Under the pieces are notes generated by a model. The model ran no database searches, was not told where the DNA came from, and saw only the letters and a program-made list of their open reading frames with translations. Positions 1 through 7,506 of a DNA stretch of 11,994 bases are shown here, piece after piece (the first letter of the stretch is position 1; every line of letters starts with the position of its first letter). A program made the translations under genes and the position numbers. The DNA lies in NCBI GenBank assembly GCA_963771885.1, contig CAVYVF010000005.1, forward strand, positions 1 to 11,994, read 5' to 3'. This DNA is from Candidatus Bathyarchaeota archaeon (GTDB taxonomy: Archaea > Thermoproteota > Bathyarchaeia > TCS64).

Positions 1-26
1 AGTCCCTTCCTATAGGTATTCCGAGT

Positions 27-143
27 TTATTGAGTATCTAAAAAGCAGGAGAGCTGCTTCTTCTTCATCTTATTCGGGTTACAGCCGTCCAGCTGTAGCA
101 GGGCGATGTCTACTAGCTCGGGTTGAGGTACATCGATGTCCAT
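27..143 (-). pseudogene. Short ORF (38 aa) resembling the N-terminus of a ParB/Srx-like domain protein; probable truncated remnant
   Basis: Manual translation gives MDIDVPQPELVDIALLQLDGCNPNKMKKKQLSCFLDTQ*. It is preceded on the minus strand by AGGTGGGAGG (RBS-like). ELVDI..L..D..NPNKM recalls ParB N-terminal starts, but the frame stops early. Confidence 0.3.
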
Positions 144-249
144 GACTTTTCCTCCCACCTCTAACCAGGATTTGGGTCGAATCACGGCCTTTTCCTAACC
201 ATCGTTTAAAAGGAGCCGGGTGGCGGGCACTTTGATTGCATTGTATAGG

Positions 250-624
250 ATGAATCCGTTTAGGTGGCTCTGGGTCGGCTTAGGGGTCCTGTTCCTCGTA
301 GTCGGCTCAATGTGGGCTTTCTCATCCTTCCATCGTCCCATGTATTACTCTGGGACCTACCTTCGCATGCCCATGATGGGGTGGAGTGGCGGAGGTATGA
401 TCGGGGTGGGTATTATCGGTTTTATTGTGGTTTGCTTCGTCATCATGATTGCACTCAGGTCCACCGCCTGGGGTCATGGAGGTCATAGGATGGGCTGCGG
501 CATGGGTGGGATGGGTTGGTCTGGTGAGGCTGAGGAGATACTCAGGCAACGGTATGCTCGTGGTGAGGTTACGAAGGAGCAGTATGATCAGATGCTCCGC
601 GACCTCAGAGCCGGTGGATATTAG
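250..624 (+). CDS. SHOCT-domain membrane protein, two TM helices, Met/Gly/His-rich
   Basis: The C-terminal AEEILRQRYARGEVTKEQYDQM is a typical SHOCT motif, and there are two hydrophobic segments. ATG at 250 is preferred over GTG at 220 because TTTAAAA (205-211) lies too close to 220. Confidence 0.85.
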   Translation: MNPFRWLWVGLGVLFLVVGSMWAFSSFHRPMYYSGTYLRMPMMGWSGGGMIGVGIIGFIVVCFVIMIALRSTAWGHGGHRMGCGMGGMGWSGEAEEILRQRYARGEVTKEQYDQMLRDLRAGGY

Positions 625-677
625 CCTCGTTTACTCGTAGGAATTGTTTGGCTTGCCTACTTGAGTAAGTAGCTCTG

Positions 678-723
678 TTTGAGTGACTAGTCTGTGCGCG
701 CGAAATGCAAATACTCACTCAAA
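678..723. repeat. Inverted repeat TTTGAGTGA...TCACTCAAA enclosing GCGCGCG
   Basis: Perfect 9-bp arms at 678-686 and 715-723 (11/13 if extended inward). GCGCGCG lies at 696-702, near the centre. Confidence 0.7.
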
Positions 724-756
724 GAAATTTCCCTTTATTGACCTCATTTAACAAAC

Positions 757-764
757 TTTTTATT
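757..764 (+). promoter_or_regulatory. Putative archaeal TATA box of the csoR-ATPase operon
   Basis: TTTTTATT about 25 nt upstream of ATG 787, consistent with a leaderless transcript. Confidence 0.5.
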
Positions 765-769
765 CCCTA

Positions 770-795
770 ATATCCCCCCCAGGGGGATGGGATAT
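770..795. promoter_or_regulatory. CsoR/RcnR-type operator (C-tract/G-tract inverted repeat)
   Basis: ATCCCCC-CCA-GGGGGAT at 772-788, plus outer arms ATATCCC (770-776) and GGGATAT (789-795), overlapping the repressor start. It matches the AT-flanked G/C-tract style of CsoR/RcnR operators. Confidence 0.75.
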
Positions 796-1068
796 CAATT
801 GAGCGCTCAACATAAACACAGAGACCAGGTCCTCATCAGGTTAAACCGAATCGAGGGTCACATCAAGGGAATTAAGAAGATGGTTAACGAAGACCGAGAC
901 TGCACAGACCTACTACACCAACTCGCAGCAGTAAAAGCATCAGTTGAGAAACTAAGCCAACTCATACTAGAAGACCACATCGAATCCTGCCTACTTGACG
1001 CCGTAAAGTCGGGAAAGACCGACACCTACGTCGCCGACCTGAAAAACGCGATCTCAAAACTAGTCTAA
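787..1068 (+). CDS. csoR: CsoR/RcnR-family metal-sensing transcriptional repressor
   Basis: RLNRIEGHIKGIKKMV..DRDCTDLLHQLAAV..LILEDHIESC carries the conserved Cys, His, Cys ligands. 93 aa, 11 nt upstream of the ATPase. The sensed metal is not certain. Confidence 0.93.
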   Translation: MGYQLSAQHKHRDQVLIRLNRIEGHIKGIKKMVNEDRDCTDLLHQLAAVKASVEKLSQLILEDHIESCLLDAVKSGKTDTYVADLKNAISKLV

Positions 1069-1079
1069 AGGCGATAAAA

Positions 1080-3008
1080 ATGACAACAAACGTTGAATGC
1101 GAAGCATGCAGAACAACTCCCCCCGGATTCTTCGACAAGTACAGAGGATTCCTCCTATCACGCGGAATGATAATCGCCTTCATCAACACCACCTTCCTCA
1201 TACTCGGATTCGCACTCGAGTGGACCGGAAACAAGACTCTGGCAAACGCCTGCTTCATCATATCCGCCGTCGTGGGCGGCGCACCCATCTACTGGCTCGC
1301 TATAAACAACGTCTTCAGACGCTTCGACATGACCGCAGGCGTCATGGTAAGCATAGCCATGACGGCGGCACTCATCATCGGCGAATACAGTGCCATGGCG
1401 CTAGTCGCCTTCATGATGATCATCGGCGACGCCTTAGAGGAATTCACCAAGGCGAGAGCCGACATGGCGCTAAAGGAGCTCAACAAACTCGTGCCTGAAA
1501 CCGTCACCGTGAGAATGAGCGGCGAGGACCGCGTCATTCCTCTAGATCAGGTTAAGCCGGGGGATGTCGCCCTAATTAGACCAGGAGCCCGGATTCCAGT
1601 CGACGGAAACGTAGTCTCAGGCTCAGCGACCGTCGACCAGTCAGCCATCACCGGCGAATCCATGCCAGTAGAAGTTGCGGCGGGTAGCCGAGTATACGCC
1701 GGGACGCTTTGTTCGACGGGCTCCGTGGAAGTAACGGTCTCAGGCGTCGGGAAGGACACGACTCTGGGCCAGATGATACATCTGGTTGAGGAAGCCCAGC
1801 ACAGCCAGGCGCCCGTTCAGAGAGCGGCGAACAAGTACGCGAACTACTTCGCGCCGACAGCAGTATTAATCGCCATAATCGCCTACTTCATCACAGGCGA
1901 CATCATCAGAAGCATCACCATACTCATCGTGATATGCCCCTGCGTTCTGGTCCTTGCCACACCGACGGCGGTTGTGGCGGCCATCGGTAACACCGCGAAG
2001 AGGGGTGTGCTCGTTAAGAACGGTGCAGCGATGGAGCAGGTGGGAAAGATAGACGTCGTCGCCTTCGACAAGACGGGTACGGTCACATTCGGTGAACCCA
2101 AGCTCCTCTCAGTCGAGCCGCTGAAGGGCGTTAACGAGGAGCAACTGCTTCTCTACGCGGCATCAGCAGAGCGCTCAAGCGAGCACCCGATAGCGAGGGC
2201 GGTTGTACAGGCTGCGAGGGAGAGGAAAATCGAGGTCCCCATCCCCACCGGGTTTGAGGCTACGCCGGGTCACGGCGTCAAGGCAACCGTGAATGGCAAA
2301 ACAGTCCTGGTGGGTGCGAGGATGCTAGAGGCTGCGAAGGTAAAGATGCCCACAGAGGTTGCTAGCCGGATGGCCGAGGTGGAGGCGAAGGGACACACTG
2401 CGATCCCCGTGGCGCTTGATGGTAAAGTCGCCGGTGTATTTCACATCGCTGATACTGTGCGACCCGAGTCGAGGAAGGCGGTAGCCCAACTCAAGAGCCT
2501 CGGCGTTAAGAAGACGCTCCTAATCAGCGGCGATAATCGGGCGGTGGCTGAGAGCATAGGCAGAGACCTGGGCGTCGATGAGGTCTACTCTGAGACGCTA
2601 CCCCAACGGAAGCTGGAGATTATCAAGGAGCTGCAGTCGAAGGGCTACAAGGTTGCTTTTGTTGGTGACGGGGTTAATGACGCACCCGCTCTCGCAGCCG
2701 CTGAAATCGGTATAGCGATGGGCAGCATTGGTACGGCTGTGGCGATGGAGACTGCTGACATCGTGTTGCTGAGGGATGATGTGGGACAGATCCCGTATGT
2801 GCTTGAGCTCAGTCAGGCGACCATGTCTACGATAAAGAAGAACATTGTTTTCAGCATGGGGATGAACGTCACAAGCGTCATCCTAAGTGGGTTGGGCGTC
2901 TTCGGGCCAGTGGTCGGCGCCATGATGCATGAGGTTGCCGCGGTACCAGTGATAGCTAACTCTGCCCGATTGATCACACGGAAGCCGGGAAAAATCCTGG
3001 ACTCCTGA
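1080..3008 (+). CDS. Heavy-metal-translocating P1B-type ATPase (no N-terminal HMA domain)
   Basis: Motifs TGES, CPC (ICPCVLVLATP), DKTGT, SEHP, SGDN and GDGVNDAP. N-terminal CEAC. Last TM is MHEVAAVPVIANSARL. Confidence 0.97.
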   Translation: MTTNVECEACRTTPPGFFDKYRGFLLSRGMIIAFINTTFLILGFALEWTGNKTLANACFIISAVVGGAPIYWLAINNVFRRFDMTAGVMVSIAMTAALIIGEYSAMALVAFMMIIGDALEEFTKARADMALKELNKLVPETVTVRMSGEDRVIPLDQVKPGDVALIRPGARIPVDGNVVSGSATVDQSAITGESMPVEVAAGSRVYAGTLCSTGSVEVTVSGVGKDTTLGQMIHLVEEAQHSQAPVQRAANKYANYFAPTAVLIAIIAYFITGDIIRSITILIVICPCVLVLATPTAVVAAIGNTAKRGVLVKNGAAMEQVGKIDVVAFDKTGTVTFGEPKLLSVEPLKGVNEEQLLLYAASAERSSEHPIARAVVQAARERKIEVPIPTGFEATPGHGVKATVNGKTVLVGARMLEAAKVKMPTEVASRMAEVEAKGHTAIPVALDGKVAGVFHIADTVRPESRKAVAQLKSLGVKKTLLISGDNRAVAESIGRDLGVDEVYSETLPQRKLEIIKELQSKGYKVAFVGDGVNDAPALAAAEIGIAMGSIGTAVAMETADIVLLRDDVGQIPYVLELSQATMSTIKKNIVFSMGMNVTSVILSGLGVFGPVVGAMMHEVAAVPVIANSARLITRKPGKILDS

Positions 3009-3116
3009 ATACGCACGCATAGACATGATGTTCTTTGCCACATCAAAAGTTCGTAATCAACTCATTGATTTGATGATGAGAAGCTTCTAGTACTCGTAAA
3101 ACCTGGTTACTCGACT

Positions 3117-4346
3117 GTGTCGGGAAGACTCAGTTTTCTCACATCCCTAAACAGAGACGCCAGAACAATCATATTATCAAACTCGTGCCGCAGCTTCGCC
3201 GCAGCTATTCTCTCGGTAAGCTTCCCTATCTACCTAAGCAAAATCGGGGTCTCATCCATACTAATTGGCCTAACCTTCATGGGAATCAGCATATTTTCCG
3301 CACTACGCAGCCTAACCGAAGGAGTCGTAGCCGATAGACTAGGGAGAAAGCCTGTACTCCTCTTCCTAGCTACAAGCCTCACCATAGGTGGAATTATCTT
3401 TCTACTTACAACCAACATCACAATTCTACTCGTAACCGCGGTACTCTTCACGGTAGGAGGCACCATTACCTACCACCCAGCGGAGGTAGCTCTTCTAAGC
3501 GACAAGGTAAGCGACGAGAAAAGAACGATGGCGCTCAGCGTAAACGCAACCCTCGCTACAATCGCAAGTATACTGGGGAGCTTCTCAGCAGCCATCCCTG
3601 AGGCACTCCAGAGAGTTGGCGTCACCGAACTCCCCTCATATCAGCCAATCTTCATCATCTTCACCCTCGTCGGCGCAATCAGCTTCATGCTCTTCTTCAC
3701 AATCAAGGAGGAGAAAATCGAGCACAGGGTCGAAAAAACGGACGTGGTTACGGAGGAAGACAAGGCTGAGCGCAGATTACTAATGAAGTGGTCAGGAGTG
3801 GTAGCATTAGACCAGATCGGCGGGGCGTTCAACAACCTCCTAAGTTACTGGTACTATCTACGATTCGGTGTAGGCCCGGCGGAGATCGGCTTTGTCACCG
3901 GTGTTGGTCGCTTTATAGCGACCTTCAGCTACACGCTGGGGCTCAAGATGGCTAAGCGGTTTGGCACAATAAGAGCTACTGCATTGAGTCGTGTTCCCAT
4001 CTTCATAATCAACCTGTTAACTCCCGCAATGCCGAGTTTCGCTGTAGTCGCCGCAGCTCGAATTTTCATGAGTATATTCAGCGACATAGATGTTCCACTT
4101 AGGCAAAGCTACATCATGGGGGTGACTCGGAGCAAGAATAGGGCTTCAGCTTATGGCACTGTTCAGGTGGTAAGCAGATTCACTTCGGCGGGTGCGCCTG
4201 CTGTGACTGGATACTTGTACCAATTCGTCAGCTTAGCCTTCCCATTTTATGGTGCAGGATTCTTCCAATTTGCTTCTGCTGCCTCAATGTATCTATTATT
4301 CAAAGACATCAAACCCCCTGAGGAGCGGGCGGAGAGAAGGGAGTGA
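3117..4346 (+). CDS. Major facilitator superfamily transporter
   Basis: 409 aa, about 12 hydrophobic segments, motif A GVVADRLGRK, central hydrophilic loop, GTG start. Confidence 0.93.
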   Translation: MSGRLSFLTSLNRDARTIILSNSCRSFAAAILSVSFPIYLSKIGVSSILIGLTFMGISIFSALRSLTEGVVADRLGRKPVLLFLATSLTIGGIIFLLTTNITILLVTAVLFTVGGTITYHPAEVALLSDKVSDEKRTMALSVNATLATIASILGSFSAAIPEALQRVGVTELPSYQPIFIIFTLVGAISFMLFFTIKEEKIEHRVEKTDVVTEEDKAERRLLMKWSGVVALDQIGGAFNNLLSYWYYLRFGVGPAEIGFVTGVGRFIATFSYTLGLKMAKRFGTIRATALSRVPIFIINLLTPAMPSFAVVAAARIFMSIFSDIDVPLRQSYIMGVTRSKNRASAYGTVQVVSRFTSAGAPAVTGYLYQFVSLAFPFYGAGFFQFASAASMYLLFKDIKPPEERAERRE

Positions 4347-4394
4347 TTCCTCTACAGCTCCTAAACGATTACTTCTCTGAATAAACAGCTAGCT

Positions 4395-4421
4395 TGCAGC
4401 TCCTGTTAAAGTAGGAGTGCA
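4395..4421 (+). terminator. Possible hairpin downstream of the MFS gene
   Basis: TGCA-G-CTCCT pairs with AGGAG-TGCA with one bulge, about 50 nt after the stop. No strong T-tract follows. Confidence 0.25.
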
Positions 4422-4478
4422 GCGTTTGATCACACTAGTGGAATGCAAAGGTGTGACATCCTTCTTCGGTTGGCAATT

Positions 4479-4487
4479 CGCGCGCGC
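4479..4487. repeat. Intergenic alternating-CG motif
   Basis: TT-CGCGCGCGC-AC; same core as the sites at 697, 4801, 6386, 6866, 9697 and 11979. Confidence 0.65.
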
Positions 4488-4617
4488 ACTCCACGATAAT
4501 TCTTATTCGATGCATTATGGCAGCTAGGGTTTATCCTATCGAAAATTCATATTAATTGTTAGTAATAATCGCCCTTAAATCATATATATTATTGATATAT
4601 ATCACAAACCGGTATAA

Positions 4618-4740
4618 ATGAGCAAAACAAGCACAGCCTTCGCCCTGATCGGTGCATGCATAACCATATTCCTAATGATTACCTTCTGGAACACCCTGAG
4701 CCAGTTCATGAACGAGGGGCTGCTAAAGGCATTCAGCTAA
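4618..4740 (+). CDS. Small single-pass membrane protein (40 aa), not in the ORF track
   Basis: ATG..TAA gives MSKTSTAFALIGACITIFLMITFWNTLSQFMNEGLLKAFS with one clear TM helix. An AT-rich TATA-like segment lies at 4582-4602. Confidence 0.6.
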   Translation: MSKTSTAFALIGACITIFLMITFWNTLSQFMNEGLLKAFS

Positions 4741-4800
4741 TAGAACAGCACTAACTTTCTCGATGTTAGCCCTTCACAACGCCAATTTCCCAATAGCGTT

Positions 4801-4806
4801 CGCGCG
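4801..4806. repeat. Intergenic alternating-CG motif
   Basis: TT-CGCGCG-ATAA between two convergent stop codons (4740 and 4823). Confidence 0.6.
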
Positions 4807-4822
4807 ATAATATTTCATTTAT

Positions 4823-5371
4823 CTATAGCTTGATGTGCCACATCTTTCTACTTCTTCGTGCGTGTTCATAGTCGGGGTACTCCAAGGTTCTCTCATGCCG
4901 ACCGGTAAGCTCCTCAACATCGATCACAACACAGTGCGCAACACCGAACGTTCGGTAGCTCTTGGTGAACTGCAACCCACCTTCAGACGGGGGCTTACGG
5001 TAGAACTCCTTATACTTTGAGTGAAGCAAACTGAAGAAGTGGAGTTTATTCTCCTCATCGTTCTCGATATGTGCTTTTCCGAAAGCGAGGACACTATCAT
5101 AGTCCAGGTGGCAGAGGGCATCATAGTGGTAACTCACCTCCCCCATGAACTTGTCGACCTCAAAGCAACAGCTAGGGTTCTTCTTCAATACGTCCACCTT
5201 CTTTCCGTTCAAAGCACAGTGGAAAATGATTTTCTTATCCTCATATGCGAAGTTGACAGGGATCACATATGGTTTGTTTTCATCGCTTAGTGCCAGTCGC
5301 CCAACCTCGGCTCTTCTCAGCAGTTCCTCCATCTCCGCCAATCCATCTTCAGTTGTTTCATCTACCTTCAT
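4823..5371 (-). CDS. Pyridoxamine 5'-phosphate oxidase family (NimA-like) flavin-binding protein
   Basis: VGRLALSDENKPYVIPVNFAY..IIFHCALNGKKVDVLKKNPSCCFEVD..YDSVLAFGKA. Start is ATG 5371 or the longer ATG 5416. Confidence 0.9.
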   Translation of the reverse strand: MKVDETTEDGLAEMEELLRRAEVGRLALSDENKPYVIPVNFAYEDKKIIFHCALNGKKVDVLKKNPSCCFEVDKFMGEVSYHYDALCHLDYDSVLAFGKAHIENDEENKLHFFSLLHSKYKEFYRKPPSEGGLQFTKSYRTFGVAHCVVIDVEELTGRHERTLEYPDYEHARRSRKMWHIKL

Positions 5372-5588
5372 ATTACCAACTCTTGCATGTCCACTGGTGT
5401 TTGACGTGTTAAGCATTTATCGGCATATTAACTCTCCAAAGTTTATAGCGGCACACCTATAGGTCATATGCAAAAGCGTGGACACTCTCGAAATCATCTA
5501 TTGTGACCTCCCTAGGAAGATATCTTCTGTAGAATATGAGTACGCCAACTAGGCACGCGCAATATCGACCCCGTAATACACAAACTTG

Positions 5589-5849
5589 CTACAATATCTG
5601 GAAATAGATTAGTAAAGCAAGTTGAACAAGGAGAAAAAGGGGAACAACGAAAAACTTCAGTTTGCGAATCTTATGCCTAAAAAACACCATGCCCAACAAG
5701 TCGCCGAAGGGACCCAAAGCCGCCTGCACCAACAAGCTAGACTCAGATACCCTTCCCTCGCCCCTCACTGCCCGAAACTTATCAAAACCATAGAGACAAA
5801 GAGAGATACAATTAACTAAAATTATCACCGCTAACAGTGCCTGATTCAC
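5589..5849 (-). CDS. DUF1294 (YsdA-like) membrane protein
   Basis: N..SLCLYGFDKFRAVRGEGRVSESSL...G.LLGM.FFRHK.RK.KF signature. GTG start preceded by GGTGGGGAG. Confidence 0.88.
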   Translation of the reverse strand: MNQALLAVIILVNCISLCLYGFDKFRAVRGEGRVSESSLLVQAALGPFGDLLGMVFFRHKIRKLKFFVVPLFLLVQLALLIYFQIL

Positions 5850-5899
5850 GTCAGCTCCCCACCTACTAAATGCGAAATAGATAAAAGCACAGTGTAAGG

Positions 5900-5920
5900 G
5901 CGGGGCCTACCTGGCCCCGC
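5900..5920. repeat. GC-rich hairpin
   Basis: GCGGGGCC-TACCT-GGCCCCGC, a perfect 8-bp stem. Confidence 0.6.
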
Positions 5921-6385
5921 ACCCAAACGAGTGGCTTCAAGATTGGCAGAGATCCGAAGCAAATCAAACAGCGTCTTTCCACTCTATAAGATAAATGGAT
6001 GCTGAAACCATAACAACCGTATGAAAAGAAATTCATAATCCCAGACTAGGAAGAATAACAGAAATACAAAGAACAGAAAAAGGTTAACCAACACAACCCA
6101 GTACACTGAAAATTGAATAGAACGAATCAAATGAACAAAGAAGAAACGAGTATAACACCCCTAAACCGAGGAAAAACGGGGGTATATCGATAAAGCCAAC
6201 CATCGGACAATCTAACCCGTCGAAGGTCCATACTCCCATCGAGCCGTCGACACCAGCATCAGAGGGGTCGAAGAGACCCCTTAAAATCACTAAAAAAATT
6301 AATACTCGACTACCCTTCCGAGTATCTTCGCCTGCTCAACCCAATCCTTCACCGCACTCATCAGAGGAATGTATTTTTAGGTTAA

Positions 6386-6391
6386 CGCGCG
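6386..6391. repeat. Intergenic alternating-CG motif
   Basis: AA-CGCGCG-AGA, about 15 nt upstream of a TATA box. Confidence 0.6.
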
Positions 6392-6396
6392 AGATT

Positions 6397-6440
6397 AGAA
6401 AGTTCTTTATATCCTGATAAATATTCGACTCTAATGGTGA
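6397..6440 (+). promoter_or_regulatory. BRE/TATA promoter and RBS of the zinc-ribbon gene
   Basis: AGAAAG (6397-6402), TTTATAT (6406-6412) and GGTGA (6436-6440), the last ending 6 nt before GTG 6447. Confidence 0.6.
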
Positions 6441-6446
6441 GAACAA

Positions 6447-6845
6447 GTGTCAGATATCTTTGGGAAACTTAAATCGGGTGCATCGAAAGCCGCCTTTGAC
6501 GCGGATAAGCTGATGAAAGTAAGGAAGGTCGAAGGAGATATTTCTCAGCTCAAAAAACAGATAGATAACTTCCAGGAAAGGCTTGGTGAAATCACCTATC
6601 TTAGCTATGTTAACAAGGAGCCGCAGAGCCAAGAAGCAATAGACTTTTGTGAAAAGTTGATTGCTCTCGAGCAGCAAGTGGTCACTAAGCAAGAAGAGAT
6701 AAAGACTATCCAGGCCGAAGTTTTCGGACAGGCCGCACCAGCGAGCGCTCCAGTCGTCACGAATTTCCAAAAATGTCCCAGTTGTAGCAAGATGAACGCC
6801 GCTAATACCAAGTTCTGCGCCGAATGCGGCGCAAAACTGAGCTAA
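6447..6845 (+). CDS. Coiled-coil protein with a C-terminal zinc ribbon
   Basis: Helical N-terminal part, an A/P linker, then CPSC..(10)..FCAECG. Confidence 0.88.
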   Translation: MSDIFGKLKSGASKAAFDADKLMKVRKVEGDISQLKKQIDNFQERLGEITYLSYVNKEPQSQEAIDFCEKLIALEQQVVTKQEEIKTIQAEVFGQAAPASAPVVTNFQKCPSCSKMNAANTKFCAECGAKLS

Positions 6846-6853
6846 TGAATACA

Positions 6854-6880
6854 ATTTCTTGCAAACGCGCGCTAAGAAAT
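6854..6880. repeat. Inverted repeat ATTTCTT...AAGAAAT enclosing CGCGCGC
   Basis: 7-bp arms at 6854-6860 and 6874-6880; CGCGCGC at 6866-6872. Confidence 0.6.
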
Positions 6881-7013
6881 CTAAAATCGATTATCCTTGA
6901 CTAACCTCACAACCATTTTTCATCGCCACGGACACGAGAATCACAATTTTATAAACTTAACCTCATAATAAAAAAATATATACCATCACAACGATTCGAT
7001 CAATCTGACCCTA

Positions 7014-7496
7014 ATGATCGGATCTGAACTACTATATTCGTTATCCCTATGGTTCCTTCGAGCCCTAATCTCAAGTATAACCTGCTTAATCATCGGATAT
7101 CTCGGAATAAGAGGCATCTCAATCATCACAACCCAAGTAAACGAGTTCAAAACCATCAAAGGCCACCCACTAGCCACGAGCCTATTCTTAGGCGGCTTCT
7201 TCATCTACGCAGGTCTAGTCATCTATGGATCTATGGTCAACCCCTTCTTCCTATCCCAAAACATCTCAATCGGCTCTTACTTTAACGTAACAAGACTCGC
7301 CGTAGTCATTCTAAGCTTCCTGGTGAGCTTCATATTCGGAGGAGTCCTCCACTACATATTTAGCAAACTCCACCTCTTCAACGTGGACTTAGACGACATA
7401 AATAAAGATCCAACGGCGGTAGGCATTTTTCTATTCTGCTACCAAATATTCCTTGGATTAATTATCTTCTCAAGCCTAAATGTACCACTCGGCTAG
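7014..7496 (+). CDS. Four-TM membrane protein, DUF350-like (two repeats)
   Basis: Two units of TM-(NEFKTIKGHPLATSLFLGG / DLDDINKDPTAVGIFL)-TM. TTTTATAAA at 6947-6955 upstream. Confidence 0.75.
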   Translation: MIGSELLYSLSLWFLRALISSITCLIIGYLGIRGISIITTQVNEFKTIKGHPLATSLFLGGFFIYAGLVIYGSMVNPFFLSQNISIGSYFNVTRLAVVILSFLVSFIFGGVLHYIFSKLHLFNVDLDDINKDPTAVGIFLFCYQIFLGLIIFSSLNVPLG

Positions 7497-7506
7497 ATTG
7501 ATAAAA

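Noticed and set aside
1080..3008. Calling the ATPase copA or zntA/cadA
   Set aside because: It lacks the YN/MxxS (Cu) and K/DG (Zn/Cd) transmembrane signatures.
3055..3070. AATCAA-CTCA-TTGATT inverted repeat upstream of the MFS gene
   Set aside because: The arms are only 6 bp and AT-rich, which is compatible with chance; no cognate regulator is evident.
4583..4602. ModE box (TATAT-N7-TAYAT)
   Set aside because: Spacings here are 6, 8 or 10, not 7, and no molybdate gene is adjacent.
6084..6290. 68-aa minus-strand ORF in the track
   Set aside because: No recognisable family. Its hydrophobicity simply mirrors the A-rich + strand, and it overlaps the hairpins.
633..6325. Recurrent TACTCR/YGAGTA hexamer in intergenic DNA
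   Set aside because: It also occurs repeatedly inside genes (e.g. 1201, 1921, 3427), so it is not specific.
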